From an uncultured Thermoanaerobaculum sp. (GTDB taxonomy: Bacteria > Acidobacteriota > Thermoanaerobaculia > Thermoanaerobaculales > Thermoanaerobaculaceae), in contig CALHAH010000011.1 in assembly GCA_937934115.1 (NCBI GenBank), positions 15,948 through 79,947 of the forward strand: a DNA stretch of 64,000 bases. The letters are read 5' to 3'. The notes under the pieces were generated by a model that ran no database searches, had not been told where the DNA came from, and was given only the letters and a program-made list of their open reading frames with translations. Every line of letters begins with the position of its first letter. The stretch's first letter is position 1. This document shows, in pieces, positions 9,872 to 20,070 of this stretch. Position numbers and translations under genes: made by a program.

Positions 9872-11223
9872 GAAGGGCTTCCGTGCTGGTGGTGGATGAC
9901 GAGCCAGGCATTCGCGAGCTGGTGAGCCAAGTCCTCACCGACGAGGGTTTTTCCGTTACCACCGTGGCTTCTGGCGAAGAGGCGCTGGCAGCAGTTTCTC
10001 GAGAGGTTTTCGATTTGATGCTGCTGGACATCAAGCTCCCGGGCATGGATGGTTTGGAAGTGCTCCGTCAGCTTAAGGCCGGGGGCAAGAGGCTGCCGGT
10101 GGTGATGATTTCCGGTCACGCCACCGTGGAGCAAGCGGCACAGGCGGTAAGGGAAGGGGCTGCGGACTTTCTGGAAAAACCCCTGGGGCTGGAGCGGGTA
10201 CTGGTTACCGTTACCAACGTTTTGGAGCGCGCACGTTTGGCGGAGCGGCTACAGGAGGAGGAAGAGGACGTTGAGCTTACGGGCGTTTCTCCTGCCATCG
10301 TTGAGCTACGCCGGCACATCCTTCTGGCGGCGCCCACCGACTCGCGGGTTCTCATTACCGGTCCTAACGGGTCGGGAAAGGAAGTGGTGGCTCGCCTTTT
10401 GCACCGCCATTCCCGGAGAGCCGCAGGGCCGTTTGTGGCCCTTAACTGCGCGGCTATCCCCGCGGAGCTTATCGAGTCTGAGCTTTTTGGCCACACCAAG
10501 GGAGCTTTTACGGGGGCGGTGGAGGCCAAAAGGGGAAAGTTTGAGTTGGCGGACGGTGGCACCTTGTTTTTGGACGAGGTGGGTGACATGAGCCTGCTTA
10601 CCCAAGCCAAGGTCCTGCGCGTGCTGCAGGAGTCGCGCTTTACCCGCCTGGGTGGCGCCACGGAGATCAAGGTGGACGTGCGCGTCATTGCGGCCACGAA
10701 CAAAGACCTGGAAGCTGAAATTGCTGCGGGTCGCTTCCGGCAGGACCTTTACTTCCGCTTGAACGTCATCCCCATTCGGGTGCCACCCTTGGCGGAAAGG
10801 CGGGAGGATATCCCGCTTTTGGTGGAAACGTTCATGACCAAGTTGGGCAAGCGCATGGGGATTAAGCCCAAAAAGGTAACGCCGGAGGCCGTAGAAGCGC
10901 TTTTGGCCTACCCCTGGCCAGGGAACGTGCGGGAGCTCCGCAACTTGGTGGAACGGCTGCTGATCATGGTCCCCGGGGAAGAGGTGACCCCAGCGGACTT
11001 GCCCATGAGGCTTGCGGAAGGGAAAGTATTTTGGCCCAGTCGCCCCTTGCCTTTGAAGCAGGCGAGGGAGGCCTTTGAGCGTGAGTACATTGCCCAGGTG
11101 CTTAAGGCCTGTGAGCAAAATATGTCGCAGGCGGCGCGGATTTTGGGCTTGGAACGCTCTCACTTGTACCGAAAGGTCAAAGCCCTGGGACTTAAGGTTG
11201 ACGGCGCCGCCGGAGAAAGCTAG
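9868..11223 (+). CDS. ntrX: sigma-54-dependent response regulator (NtrX/NtrC family)
   Basis: REC (VLVVDDEP, LLDIKLPG), AAA+ (GPNGSGKE, the GAFTGA motif in GHTKGAFTGA, FLDEV) and a C-terminal Fis-type HTH (QAARILGLERSHLYRKVK). GTGA overlap with ntrY. Confidence 0.9.
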   Translation: MRRASVLVVDDEPGIRELVSQVLTDEGFSVTTVASGEEALAAVSREVFDLMLLDIKLPGMDGLEVLRQLKAGGKRLPVVMISGHATVEQAAQAVREGAADFLEKPLGLERVLVTVTNVLERARLAERLQEEEEDVELTGVSPAIVELRRHILLAAPTDSRVLITGPNGSGKEVVARLLHRHSRRAAGPFVALNCAAIPAELIESELFGHTKGAFTGAVEAKRGKFELADGGTLFLDEVGDMSLLTQAKVLRVLQESRFTRLGGATEIKVDVRVIAATNKDLEAEIAAGRFRQDLYFRLNVIPIRVPPLAERREDIPLLVETFMTKLGKRMGIKPKKVTPEAVEALLAYPWPGNVRELRNLVERLLIMVPGEEVTPADLPMRLAEGKVFWPSRPLPLKQAREAFEREYIAQVLKACEQNMSQAARILGLERSHLYRKVKALGLKVDGAAGES

Positions 11224-11232
11224 CATCAAGCG

Positions 11233-13203
11233 ATGTCCTACCCAGGCTCTCCCGATACGGACCCAAAGGTGCAACAGCGGATCCTGGCGGCTTTCCGCGA
11301 AGCCGTGCGACTTTACCAAGACGGCCACCGCGATGAGTGCCAAACGGTGCTGCACTCTATCCTGGAGGTGGACCCTGCCTTTCGCCCGGCGCAGCGGCTG
11401 GAAACCGCCATCATCCAAGGTTTACCTGTGGATTTGGCGTCGCTCCTTGGCGACCTGGCGGGGGAAACCGGAAGCCAAGTAGGGGAGTTACTTGCGCAGG
11501 CGCGTCAGGCCCTGTCGGCAAGGGACCTTTCGCGGGCGGTGGAGTTGGCGCAGGCGGTGCTGCGAGAGCTGCCGGGTCACCAGGAAGCTCGCTCCCTTCT
11601 CCAGCAGGCCCAGGCTGCCCTCAAAGCCGAAGGTGAGGTGGTGACGCAGTTGGCCCGCGCTCGGCAGGCGCTGGAAGCGGGCCTTTTGGAAGAGGCCAAG
11701 GGGTTTTTGGCCTTGGTGCGGGGGGTGGCGCCGGATCACCCGCAGCTGGCGGAGCTGGAGGCAATGCTGGCTTCGCAACAAGCGGAAGAGGCTGCCCTGG
11801 TGGAGTTTGAAACGTTTACCCCCCCTCCCTCCCCACCTACACCCCCCCCATCCCCGGCCGATGGTATGGAACTGGAAGCGCCGTGGGAAAGTGCAGCTCG
11901 CGAAGCCACTTCCGGCTTTGCCTTCGATGCGGTGGGCGAGGGGCCCACGTTCAGCGCTGAGCCGGCGGTGCCGGAAACGCCAGAGGATCGGGTGGCGGCT
12001 TTGCTGGCGGAGGGTCAGGAAGCCTTTAATCGTGGGGACTACTCGCAAGCGGTGGACGTGTGGACCCGCATTTACCTCATTGACCCCCACAACCAAGAGG
12101 CGGAGCGGCGCATCGAGCAGGCCAGAAGGCGACGGGAAGAACTGGACAGGCTAGCGGAAATGAAGTACGCCGAGGCGCTTGAGGCGTTTGAGGGTGGGCG
12201 ACTGGAGGAAGCAAAGGCACTGCTGCAAGAGGTGCTTTCGCTGCAACCCCAGCATGTGGACGCCAACGACCTCATGGTGCGCCTGGAAACGCCCTCGGCT
12301 CCACCTCCGTTGCGGGCGGAACTGCCACCGGTGGAGGAGGACCTCTTCCGCGACGATTTCGTGCCACAGGAAATCGTGTCGGGGGAAGGTGCAGCGGTGG
12401 CCGAAGCCCCTCTCGAGGAAAGGCCGCCTGTGCGGCCGCCACGTCCCGCCGCCAAGACTGTGCGCGTCGCTTTGCCCCTACCGGTGATGGTGGGTGTGGG
12501 TGTGGCGGTTTTGGTTTTGGTGGTTTTGGGTCTGGTTCTAGGGGGGCGGGTGTTTCAATCCGGGCCGTCGGTAAAGGACGCCCTGCAAGAAGCGGAGCGC
12601 TTAGCGCAACAGGGGCAGGTGCAGGACGCCATTAAGCTTTTGCAGACCTTGAACCTGGAGGGGCCAGAGGCCAATCAAGTGCAGCAGCGGATCCTGGAGT
12701 ATCAAAAGAAGCTCAAGGTGCAGGCACCGCCTCCCCCGGCCGTGGACGTAACCCCTGCTAAGGAGGCTTTGGCTGAGGGGAGGCACCTTAAGGCAGCCCT
12801 GCTCTTGCGCGCTTTTGCGAAGAAGGCCCCGCACGACGATGGGGTGCAGGAGCTTTTGCGCCAAGTGGCTTTTTACGAGCCTGGTCTTCCGGCGGTAGCT
12901 GATGCGTGGGAAAAAGGAAACTGGGAGGTGGCTTCCCGTTCCCTGGCCACCCTGGTGGAGGCCCACCCCCAGGACAGGGAGCTGCAGCAAGCGTGGCAGG
13001 TGGCGCGCTACAACTGGGCTTTGGTGCTGCTGCGGGGCTTTCAAGTGACAGAGGCAGCTAAGGTTTTGGGGGAGCTGGCGAAGGACTCCGATGATCCTGA
13101 GGTGAAGAGGCTTTACGAGCTGGCGCGTGCCTACCTTTCCCGTTCCGTGGATCCGCGTTACAAAATCTTCGTGAACTCCTTACGCGTGCGGGAGCTGCCT
13201 TGA
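11233..13203 (+). CDS. TPR-repeat protein with a central Pro-rich region and one TM helix
   Basis: 656 aa. Repeated TPR-like helical pairs, a PPPSPPTPPPSP linker and the TM segment VALPLPVMVGVGVAVLVLVVLGLVLGG. Confidence 0.7.
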   Translation: MSYPGSPDTDPKVQQRILAAFREAVRLYQDGHRDECQTVLHSILEVDPAFRPAQRLETAIIQGLPVDLASLLGDLAGETGSQVGELLAQARQALSARDLSRAVELAQAVLRELPGHQEARSLLQQAQAALKAEGEVVTQLARARQALEAGLLEEAKGFLALVRGVAPDHPQLAELEAMLASQQAEEAALVEFETFTPPPSPPTPPPSPADGMELEAPWESAAREATSGFAFDAVGEGPTFSAEPAVPETPEDRVAALLAEGQEAFNRGDYSQAVDVWTRIYLIDPHNQEAERRIEQARRRREELDRLAEMKYAEALEAFEGGRLEEAKALLQEVLSLQPQHVDANDLMVRLETPSAPPPLRAELPPVEEDLFRDDFVPQEIVSGEGAAVAEAPLEERPPVRPPRPAAKTVRVALPLPVMVGVGVAVLVLVVLGLVLGGRVFQSGPSVKDALQEAERLAQQGQVQDAIKLLQTLNLEGPEANQVQQRILEYQKKLKVQAPPPPAVDVTPAKEALAEGRHLKAALLLRAFAKKAPHDDGVQELLRQVAFYEPGLPAVADAWEKGNWEVASRSLATLVEAHPQDRELQQAWQVARYNWALVLLRGFQVTEAAKVLGELAKDSDDPEVKRLYELARAYLSRSVDPRYKIFVNSLRVRELP

Positions 13204-13676
13204 TGTCCTCCCCGCGGTTGCCCTTCGACGTGGAGTTGGCCTGGGGCACGGCGCCGGCGCCAAAAGCGGAAGCCCCACAAGCTGCCGGTTTTTTGCGGCT
13301 GCTTTTGGCTTTTCTCGCAGACCTGGGTGTGGCGGCCCTGTGGTTCTTTTTGCTGGCCGCGGGCATCAGCCTCTGGGAGCTTTCCTGGTCTTGGGTGGAA
13401 GTTTCTGGAATTGCGTTCCTTGGCTTAGGGCTTTTGGGGGGATGGGTGGAGGTGGCCTGCCTGTGGTTTTTTCATAAGACCGTGGGCATGCACCTTCTGG
13501 GAGTGCGCTTCGAAAAACCGTTAACGCTTAAGAGAGCAATTTCCCTGTGGCTGGTGATGCTCATGGCAGCCCCACTGCTTGGCCTGCCCTTGGTGGTGGG
13601 CGGCAAGGGGTGCCGATGGCTGGAAAGGGTGGCCGGCTCTGAGGTCAAGGGCGAGAGCTCTCACGCCGGCGCTTAA
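13203..13676 (+). CDS. RDD-family-like integral membrane protein
   Basis: Three hydrophobic helices. TGATG overlap with the upstream TPR gene. The family call is weak. Confidence 0.45.
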   Translation: MSSPRLPFDVELAWGTAPAPKAEAPQAAGFLRLLLAFLADLGVAALWFFLLAAGISLWELSWSWVEVSGIAFLGLGLLGGWVEVACLWFFHKTVGMHLLGVRFEKPLTLKRAISLWLVMLMAAPLLGLPLVVGGKGCRWLERVAGSEVKGESSHAGA

Positions 13677-13848
13677 AAACGAGGCTAATGTGGTCGGTTG
13701 CCCCGGTTTTAAAGTTAATGGCAGCAATACCCACCAGCTCCCACCCCTCCGCTCCCAAGCGGTTCATTTCGTCCTCGTAGGAAATGGGCAGTTGATAGTT
13801 GCGGGATTGAATGTTGAGGACCTTGTACTCCCACTTGCTGTGCTCCAT
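13645..13848 (-). CDS. DUF4177-like small protein
   Basis: MEHSKWEYKVLNIQ...LGAEGWELVGI pattern. Strong AGGAGGAGG upstream of ATG 13848; the track ORF is extended to 13944. Confidence 0.6.
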   Translation of the reverse strand: MEHSKWEYKVLNIQSRNYQLPISYEDEMNRLGAEGWELVGIAAINFKTGATDHISLVFKRRRESSRP

Positions 13849-13922
13849 ACCTCCTCCTGTGTGTTCCCAGTTCCATCCCACCTGCGGTTCAGGGCCTACT
13901 ATACCATGATTTCCTGATTGCG

Positions 13923-14678
13923 ATGCACTCTCCACGGCTTTCATTGGTCATTCCCGCTTTCAACGAGGCTAGCCGTTTGCCGCAAACGTTGCAGCGCATT
14001 GCCAGCTACCTCAAAAGCAAGCCAGAGCTGCTGCCGGCGGAGGTGGTGGTGGTCAACGACGGTTCCACCGACGAGACAGCAGCTGTGGTGTCGGCGTGGC
14101 AGCCGCCGGCCGGGCTGGCGTTGGTGGTGCATTCGCTCCCGGAAAACCGTGGGAAAGGGGCAGCGGTGCGCGCCGGTTTGGGTTTGGCTTCTGGTGAAAT
14201 GGTCCTCATTACCGATGCGGATTTGGCAACGCCCATCGAAGAGCTAGAAAAGCTCCTGCCCTACGCTCACGTGGTGGCCTGTGGGTCGCGGGCGCTGGAC
14301 CGGAAGTTGATCTCCAAGAGGCAGCCCTTCCTGCGCGACCGGCTGGGACGCATCTTTAATCTGGCCTTGCGGCTTTTGGGTCTCACGCACCTGCGGGATA
14401 CGCAATGCGGGTTTAAGTTGCTCCCCGGTGCTTTGGCGCACCAACTGAGTCAAGAGCTTACCTTTGATGGGTTTATTTATGACGTGGAGCTCCTCACCCG
14501 CGCGCAAAAGCGGGGCTTTTCGGTGGTGGAAGTGCCGGTGCGTTGGGCGCACGTGGAAGCTTCGCGGGTGAGGCCTTTCCGCCATGGGTTTGAGATGCTC
14601 GTGGACGCCTTGCGCTTGCGGGTGTTGCTGTGGCGTGAAGCGGTTACCGCTCACCGTAAAGGGGGAAGGCCCGGGTGA
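13923..14678 (+). CDS. family 2 glycosyltransferase (dolichyl-phosphate glucosyltransferase-like)
   Basis: [10 protein letters not shown] ... VVVNDGSTD ... ITDADL motifs typical of GT2. Confidence 0.85.
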   Translation: MHSPRLSLVIPAFNEASRLPQTLQRIASYLKSKPELLPAEVVVVNDGSTDETAAVVSAWQPPAGLALVVHSLPENRGKGAAVRAGLGLASGEMVLITDADLATPIEELEKLLPYAHVVACGSRALDRKLISKRQPFLRDRLGRIFNLALRLLGLTHLRDTQCGFKLLPGALAHQLSQELTFDGFIYDVELLTRAQKRGFSVVEVPVRWAHVEASRVRPFRHGFEMLVDALRLRVLLWREAVTAHRKGGRPG

Positions 14679-15915
14679 GCGCTTCCACTTCTTCCCGCAC
14701 CGCCGCCCATACGGCCTCGTCCTCGCTCCGTAAAACCCGATCCACGAGACAGGCGATGCGCTTCATCTCCTCCGGTCCCATGCCGCGAGTGGTCACCGCT
14801 GGGGTCCCCAAGCGGATTCCGGAAGCGATGTAAGGTTTGCGGGTATCAAACGGCACCGTGTTCTTGTTGACCGTAATCCCCGCTCGTTGCAGCCTTTCCT
14901 CAGCTTTCTTGCCGGAGATACCATCGGGGCCGAGATCCAAAAGCATGAGGTGGTTGTCGGTGCCCCCGGAAACCATGCGCCAACCCAGGTTTTGCAGCTC
15001 CTGGCACAGGGCCTTGGCGTTTTCCAAGACGCGGGCAATGTACGCCTTGAAACCCGGTTGCAAGGCCTCGGCAAAAGCCACGGCTTTGGCAGCAATCACG
15101 TGCATGAGGGGTCCGCCTTGTACCCCGGGGAAAACGGCTTTATCCAGTACTTCCGCAAACTCCGCCTTGCACATCACCATGCCGCCCCGAGGGCCGCGCA
15201 GGGTTTTGTGCGTGGTGGTGGTGACAAACTCGCAGTGGGGGACCGGCGAAGGGTGAAAACCGGTGGCCACCATACCAGCAATGTGGGCAATGTCAGCCAT
15301 AACGTACGCCCCCACCTCGTGGGCAATTTCGGCAATGAGGGCAAAGTCAATGATGCGAGGATACGCGGAAGCGCCACACACAATGAGACGGGGTTTGTGC
15401 TTCTTGGCCAAGTCGCGGAGCCAGTCGTAGTCAATGGTCTCGGTGTCCCGCCGCACGCCGTAGGGCACCACGGTGAAGGTTTTGCCTGAAAAGTTCAGCG
15501 GGTGACCGTGGGTGAGGTGGCCCCCGTGGGTTAGGTCCATGCCAAAAAACACGTCCTGGGGCTGAAGCACGGCCAAGTACACCGCCATGTTAGCTTGTGC
15601 TCCCGAGTGCGGCTGCACGTTCACATGGTCACAGCCGAAAAGCTTTTTGGCCCGCTCCCGAGCCAGCTCCTCCGCCACGTCCACAAACTCGCACCCGCCG
15701 TAGTAGCGCTTGGCTGGGTAGCCTTCGGCGTATTTGTTGGTCATCACCGAACCCATGGCTGCCAAAACCGCAGGCGAGACAAAGTTTTCCGAGGCAATAA
15801 GCTCCAGCCCGTGGTTTTGCCGGGCCCTTTCCTTTTGCAAGGCGTCGGCGATTTCTGGGTCCGTGTGACGAACCGTTTCCTCTAGGTACGAAAAAAATGC
15901 CTCCCTCTCACGCAT
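14644..15915 (-). CDS. glyA: serine hydroxymethyltransferase
   Basis: [18 protein letters not shown] and [13 protein letters not shown] (PLP lysine). ATG 15915 overlaps the rpiB stop by 8 nt. Confidence 0.96.
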   Translation of the reverse strand: MREREAFFSYLEETVRHTDPEIADALQKERARQNHGLELIASENFVSPAVLAAMGSVMTNKYAEGYPAKRYYGGCEFVDVAEELARERAKKLFGCDHVNVQPHSGAQANMAVYLAVLQPQDVFFGMDLTHGGHLTHGHPLNFSGKTFTVVPYGVRRDTETIDYDWLRDLAKKHKPRLIVCGASAYPRIIDFALIAEIAHEVGAYVMADIAHIAGMVATGFHPSPVPHCEFVTTTTHKTLRGPRGGMVMCKAEFAEVLDKAVFPGVQGGPLMHVIAAKAVAFAEALQPGFKAYIARVLENAKALCQELQNLGWRMVSGGTDNHLMLLDLGPDGISGKKAEERLQRAGITVNKNTVPFDTRKPYIASGIRLGTPAVTTRGMGPEEMKRIACLVDRVLRSEDEAVWAAVREEVEALTRAFPLYGER

Positions 15916-16345
15916 CCTGGGCCTCCAGTTTGGCCACCCTGCGGGCGTGACGGCCGCCGTCAAAAGGGGTGGCGAGGAAAATATCGACCATTTGCTTGGC
16001 TACCGCTTCGCCGCTAACCCTTCCGCCCAAGCACAACACGTTGGCGTTATTGTGGCGACGGGCCATTTCCGCGGTGTAGGCATCGTGGCAAAGGGCGGCA
16101 CGCACACCGCGGTGGCGGTTGGCGGCCATACTCATGCCGATGCCTGTGGCACAAATGAGGATGCCACGGGCTTGGGGGTCCTGGGCAACCTGGGCAGCGA
16201 GAGCGTGGGCGAAGTCGGGGTAATCCACGGAGTCTTGCGAGTAGGTCCCCAGGTCCTCCACCTCCTGGCCAGTGGCGCGGAGGTGCTGGAGGATGGACCT
16301 CTTGAGGGCAAAGCCGGCGTGATCCGAAGCAATGAAGATCTTCAT
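15908..16345 (-). CDS. rpiB: ribose 5-phosphate isomerase B
   Basis: [15 protein letters not shown] and [13 protein letters not shown] (RpiB/LacA family). The track ORF has a spurious N-terminal extension. Confidence 0.93.
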   Translation of the reverse strand: MKIFIASDHAGFALKRSILQHLRATGQEVEDLGTYSQDSVDYPDFAHALAAQVAQDPQARGILICATGIGMSMAANRHRGVRAALCHDAYTAEMARRHNNANVLCLGGRVSGEAVAKQMVDIFLATPFDGGRHARRVAKLEAQDA

Positions 16346-16358
16346 AGCGAGTCCCGGC

Positions 16359-17696
16359 TCACCAGGAGCCAACAGTGGGATGGTACAACGTTTCAAATTC
16401 CGAAAGGGCAAAACGGTCCGACATGCCGGCCAGGTGATCCACGAGGATGCGCACAAAGCGGGGGTCCGGGTGGTAGTAAGTGGCCACCTCCTGGTGCGCT
16501 TGGCCGTGGGGCAAATCTCGCAGGTAAGGTCGGCCCGAGACCTCGGAAAAGCGCAGGAGGACGTACGGTGGGAGGGTCAAAGGGTTGGTGTAGTACGCGC
16601 GAAAAAGACCGGTAAGGACCAAATGGGCCCGATGGTCCTGGAGGTTGACCTCCTGGTGGTTGATGATGAACTGGTAAATAAAGCCCTTCAGCTCGGCAAA
16701 AAGTGGCTGCATTGCCGGAGAAAATCCCACCACTTCCCGAGGGTCTGATTGCCAAAAACTTTGCCAGGAGGCGCGATCGCCAAGGCCGTAGCCCGCGGTA
16801 AGCGCCTGCAGCTCGCGGGCGGTGTGGTACACGGCGTCGGTGACCAAGAGGTGGATGAGCGTCCGTTGGAGAGCAGCCGCCCGGCGAAAAGCTGAACGCT
16901 CGCCACGGTACGCGTCCCCCAGTATGGGAATAGCCTTGGCCACCAGCGCCAGTTGTTCCACCTCGGCAAGGCTCACCGCTTCGTTGGCCAACCCGTCCTC
17001 CAAGTCGTGGGTTTGCTGCGCGATTTCGTCGGCCAAAGCCACCACCTGGCCTTCCAAGTGGCAAGGCCGCTGGAGGTTTAAGCCCTCCCGGTCGGGCAGG
17101 GGAAACGGCAAATCGGCGCGCCAGGAGGTGTGCTTCAGGATGCCCTCGCGCACCTGGTCGGTGAGGTTGAGCCCAGGGGTGGGGTAACGTTGCTCGAGAA
17201 GGTCCACCACCCGCAGAGAGTGGTAATTGTGCTTAAAGGTTCCTACCTCCGCCACCACCGTGGTGGGAAGCGGGCAGGAAGGCTCTTTCCCCGCCAGGAT
17301 GCGCGCCAGAACTTTTTCCCCCGAGTGCCCAAAGGGAGTGTGTCCCAAGTCGTGCCCAAGGGCAACGGCTTCCGTGAGGTCTTCGTTGAGCCCCAGGGCG
17401 CGGGCTATGGTGCGCGCCAGCTGGGCCACCTCCAGGGTGTGGGTGAGGCGGGTTCTGGGGTGATCGGCGGTATGGGGCACGTACACCTGCGTTTTGTGCT
17501 TGAGGCGGCGGAAAGCCCGGGCGTGGAGGATGCGGTCTCGGTCGCGGGCAAACTGGGTTCGAAAATCCTCCTGCGGGTTCGTGGGCTGCAAGGGATGCCG
17601 GCGAGTGGCGTAACGCGAGAGCGTGGCGTAGGGTGCCAAAAGCGCTTCCTCCTGGGCCTCCAGGAAGCTTCGCAGGCGAGCGGTGATGCCGTTCAT
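16359..17696 (-). CDS. dgt: dGTP triphosphohydrolase-like HD protein
   Basis: RLTHTLEVAQLAR ... GHDLGHTPFGH. ATG 17696 overlaps the folC stop (ATGA). Confidence 0.9.
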   Translation of the reverse strand: MNGITARLRSFLEAQEEALLAPYATLSRYATRRHPLQPTNPQEDFRTQFARDRDRILHARAFRRLKHKTQVYVPHTADHPRTRLTHTLEVAQLARTIARALGLNEDLTEAVALGHDLGHTPFGHSGEKVLARILAGKEPSCPLPTTVVAEVGTFKHNYHSLRVVDLLEQRYPTPGLNLTDQVREGILKHTSWRADLPFPLPDREGLNLQRPCHLEGQVVALADEIAQQTHDLEDGLANEAVSLAEVEQLALVAKAIPILGDAYRGERSAFRRAAALQRTLIHLLVTDAVYHTARELQALTAGYGLGDRASWQSFWQSDPREVVGFSPAMQPLFAELKGFIYQFIINHQEVNLQDHRAHLVLTGLFRAYYTNPLTLPPYVLLRFSEVSGRPYLRDLPHGQAHQEVATYYHPDPRFVRILVDHLAGMSDRFALSEFETLYHPTVGSW

Positions 17697-18952
17697 GCCC
17701 AACCCCGAAAAAAGCTCAAGGCTTCGCCCACCAAGCGCAGCGAGCCAGTGACGAGGGTGAGCCTTTGGGGTGCAGAGGCCTCCAGAGCCTCGCCAACGCT
17801 TCCCGCCTGCCGGCAGCCCGGGAACGCCTGGGCCAGCTCCTGAAGACTGCGAGCCCGCGGGGAAGACAACGGCACCACCTGTACGTGGTGCACCAGCGGC
17901 CGCAAAAGCTTGGCCATGGCAGCCAAGGGCTTGTCGGACAAGCAAGAAAAGATGAGGTCCAATGTACCCGTGTATTCGCTGGCGGAAAGTGTCTGGGTTA
18001 AAGCAGCCATGGCTTCCAGGTTATGGGCGCCGTCCAACAAGAACCTCCGCCCTCCCCAGAGGATTTCCTCCAGCCGCCCGGGCCAACGGGTGGCCAGCGT
18101 GCCAGAAACCACAGCCTCGCGGCTGGGTAGGGAAACGATGCCCTGCTCGTGCAGGGCCGCAAGGCCTGCGAGCGCCAGGCGATAGTTGGGCACTTGGAAC
18201 AACCCCGCCAAGGGAAGGCACACCTCCCACTGGTACCCAAAGCCCCCCGCGCGCACCGCGGGGTAAAGGGTGGGCTGCAGGTCAATGGGTTCCACCGTAA
18301 CCCAGTGGCTGGCCGCAGAAATACGGGTCTGAGGGTGGGCGTGCTCGCGGATCACCGGCAAAAGGCTTTCATCCCACTCCCCGAGTATGGCTTCGCGGCC
18401 CCTGAGGGCGGCGGCTTTTTCGGCGGCTATGTGGGCGCGGGTAGGGCCAAGCCAGTCTCGATGGTCCGTGCCCACGTTGGTGAGGAGCGCCACCTCGTGG
18501 GCTTTGGCGTTAGTGGCATCCCAACGGCCGCCCAGGCCGGCTTCTACGACCGCCACATCCACGTGGTTTTCCGCAAAAGCGCCAAAAGCAGCCGCCGTGA
18601 GCGTTTCGAAGTAGGAAAGCTCGGAAAAACGCGTCAGCCGCTGGACCCAGGTGAGGAGCTCTTCGGTGGGAAGCGGTTTGCCATCCAAGCGAATGCGTTC
18701 CTCCACCCGCACCAGGTGGGGGGAGGTGTAAAGCCCTACCCGTAAACCCATGCTGGTAAGCAGGGAAGCCAAGAACGCAGCCGTAGATCCTTTGCCGTTG
18801 GTCCCCAGCACCAGCACCGAGGGGTACCTTTCGTGCGGGTTGCCCAGGGACTCCAAGACCGCGGTGATGCGCTGGAGACCCGGTACCACCCGGGCCTCGA
18901 AACGAGAAGCCAGAAGACGGTCAAGCTCTAGGAGGCGAGGTGGGCGAGACAC
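17693..18952 (-). CDS. folC: bifunctional folylpolyglutamate synthase/dihydrofolate synthase
   Basis: VLGTNGKGST P-loop with Mur-ligase-type organisation; 419 aa. Confidence 0.92.
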   Translation of the reverse strand: MSRPPRLLELDRLLASRFEARVVPGLQRITAVLESLGNPHERYPSVLVLGTNGKGSTAAFLASLLTSMGLRVGLYTSPHLVRVEERIRLDGKPLPTEELLTWVQRLTRFSELSYFETLTAAAFGAFAENHVDVAVVEAGLGGRWDATNAKAHEVALLTNVGTDHRDWLGPTRAHIAAEKAAALRGREAILGEWDESLLPVIREHAHPQTRISAASHWVTVEPIDLQPTLYPAVRAGGFGYQWEVCLPLAGLFQVPNYRLALAGLAALHEQGIVSLPSREAVVSGTLATRWPGRLEEILWGGRRFLLDGAHNLEAMAALTQTLSASEYTGTLDLIFSCLSDKPLAAMAKLLRPLVHHVQVVPLSSPRARSLQELAQAFPGCRQAGSVGEALEASAPQRLTLVTGSLRLVGEALSFFRGWA

Positions 18953-19764
18953 CGGATGAGCGTCTCCTTCAGCTCCCCCCGCGGAACAACCATATCCAGC
19001 ATCCCGTGCTCCAACAGGAACTCCGCCCGCTGGAAACCCTCGGGCAGCTTTTGCCGGATGGTTTGCTCGATCACCCGTGGGCCGGCAAAGCCAATGAGGG
19101 CACCGGGCTCACCAATGTTGATATCCCCCAGCATGGCAAAAGAAGCGGTAACTCCCCCGGTGGTGGGGTCCGTGAGCACGGAAATGAAAGGGATACGTGC
19201 CTGGTGGAGCTTCGCGAGCCCTGCGGAAATCTTGGCTAGCTGCATAAGGGAAAGCACGCCTTCCTGCATGCGCGCCCCGCCGGAGCAGGCAACGGTCACC
19301 AGCGGTGTCCGGGTTTTGAGGCAGCGCTCGATGGCGCGGGTGAGCTTTTCGCCCATGGCGGAACCCATGGAGCCGCCCATGAAGGCGTACTCCATGGCGC
19401 CAACGATGACCCTGCGGCCCCCCAGCTTGCCCACGCCAATGAGCATGGCGTCGTGCTTGAGGCCTTTGTCCCGCAGCGCCTTAAGCCTTTCGCTGTAGGG
19501 CTTGGAGTCCACAAATTCCAAAGGGTCGGTGGAGTACACGTTGGCGAAAAGCTCTTTCCACTCACCGTTGTCGAAAAGCTGGGCCAGCCTGGTGCGCGCG
19601 GAAATGCGGTGATGATGCCCGCAGCGAGGGCAAACAAACAACGAGCGCTCCAGCTCCTTGCGGTAGAGGATCTCCCTACACCCTTCGCACTTGACCCAAA
19701 GCCCTTCGGGTACCCGGCTGGGGGGACGCTCCTCCCGGCTGGTTCGGCGAAACCAAACCATCAT
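18928..19764 (-). CDS. accD: acetyl-CoA carboxylase carboxyltransferase beta subunit
   Basis: N-terminal Zn ribbon CEGCREILYRKELERSLFVCPRCGHH, then the carboxyltransferase core (GGSMGSAMGEK, GGARMQEG). Confidence 0.95.
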   Translation of the reverse strand: MMVWFRRTSREERPPSRVPEGLWVKCEGCREILYRKELERSLFVCPRCGHHHRISARTRLAQLFDNGEWKELFANVYSTDPLEFVDSKPYSERLKALRDKGLKHDAMLIGVGKLGGRRVIVGAMEYAFMGGSMGSAMGEKLTRAIERCLKTRTPLVTVACSGGARMQEGVLSLMQLAKISAGLAKLHQARIPFISVLTDPTTGGVTASFAMLGDINIGEPGALIGFAGPRVIEQTIRQKLPEGFQRAEFLLEHGMLDMVVPRGELKETLIRCLAHLAS

Positions 19765-19830
19765 CGCTTTGTGCCTTTATGGCCTTGCGCTTGAGTGGTG
19801 GCCCCTCTGCGGGAGGGCCGTCCTCAAAGC

Positions 19831-20055
19831 TTAGGCGGAGGGGCTCTCCTCCAGGTCGTTGGGGATCCCCAGTCGCTGGCACGCCGCGTCGTACATCTGG
19901 CGAGCCGCCTTTTGGGCGGCCTGGAGCTCAGCGATGCGCTGCTTGACCCGCTGCAGCTCTTCCTGGATTTGGTTTTCCAGGTCGTGAATCTCTTGCTTCG
20001 TTACCTTAAGGGTTTCCTCGTAAAACTTCCGCTGTTGTTCAGTCAGTACGGCCAT
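19831..20055 (-). CDS. hypothetical 74-aa coiled-coil protein
   Basis: Heptad-like sequence (QEIHDLENQIQEELQRVKQRIAELQAAQKAARQ). It sits 16 nt downstream of the kinase gene. No family recognised. Confidence 0.5.
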   Translation of the reverse strand: MAVLTEQQRKFYEETLKVTKQEIHDLENQIQEELQRVKQRIAELQAAQKAARQMYDAACQRLGIPNDLEESPSA

Positions 20056-20070
20056 GTCTTTCCCTCCCTC

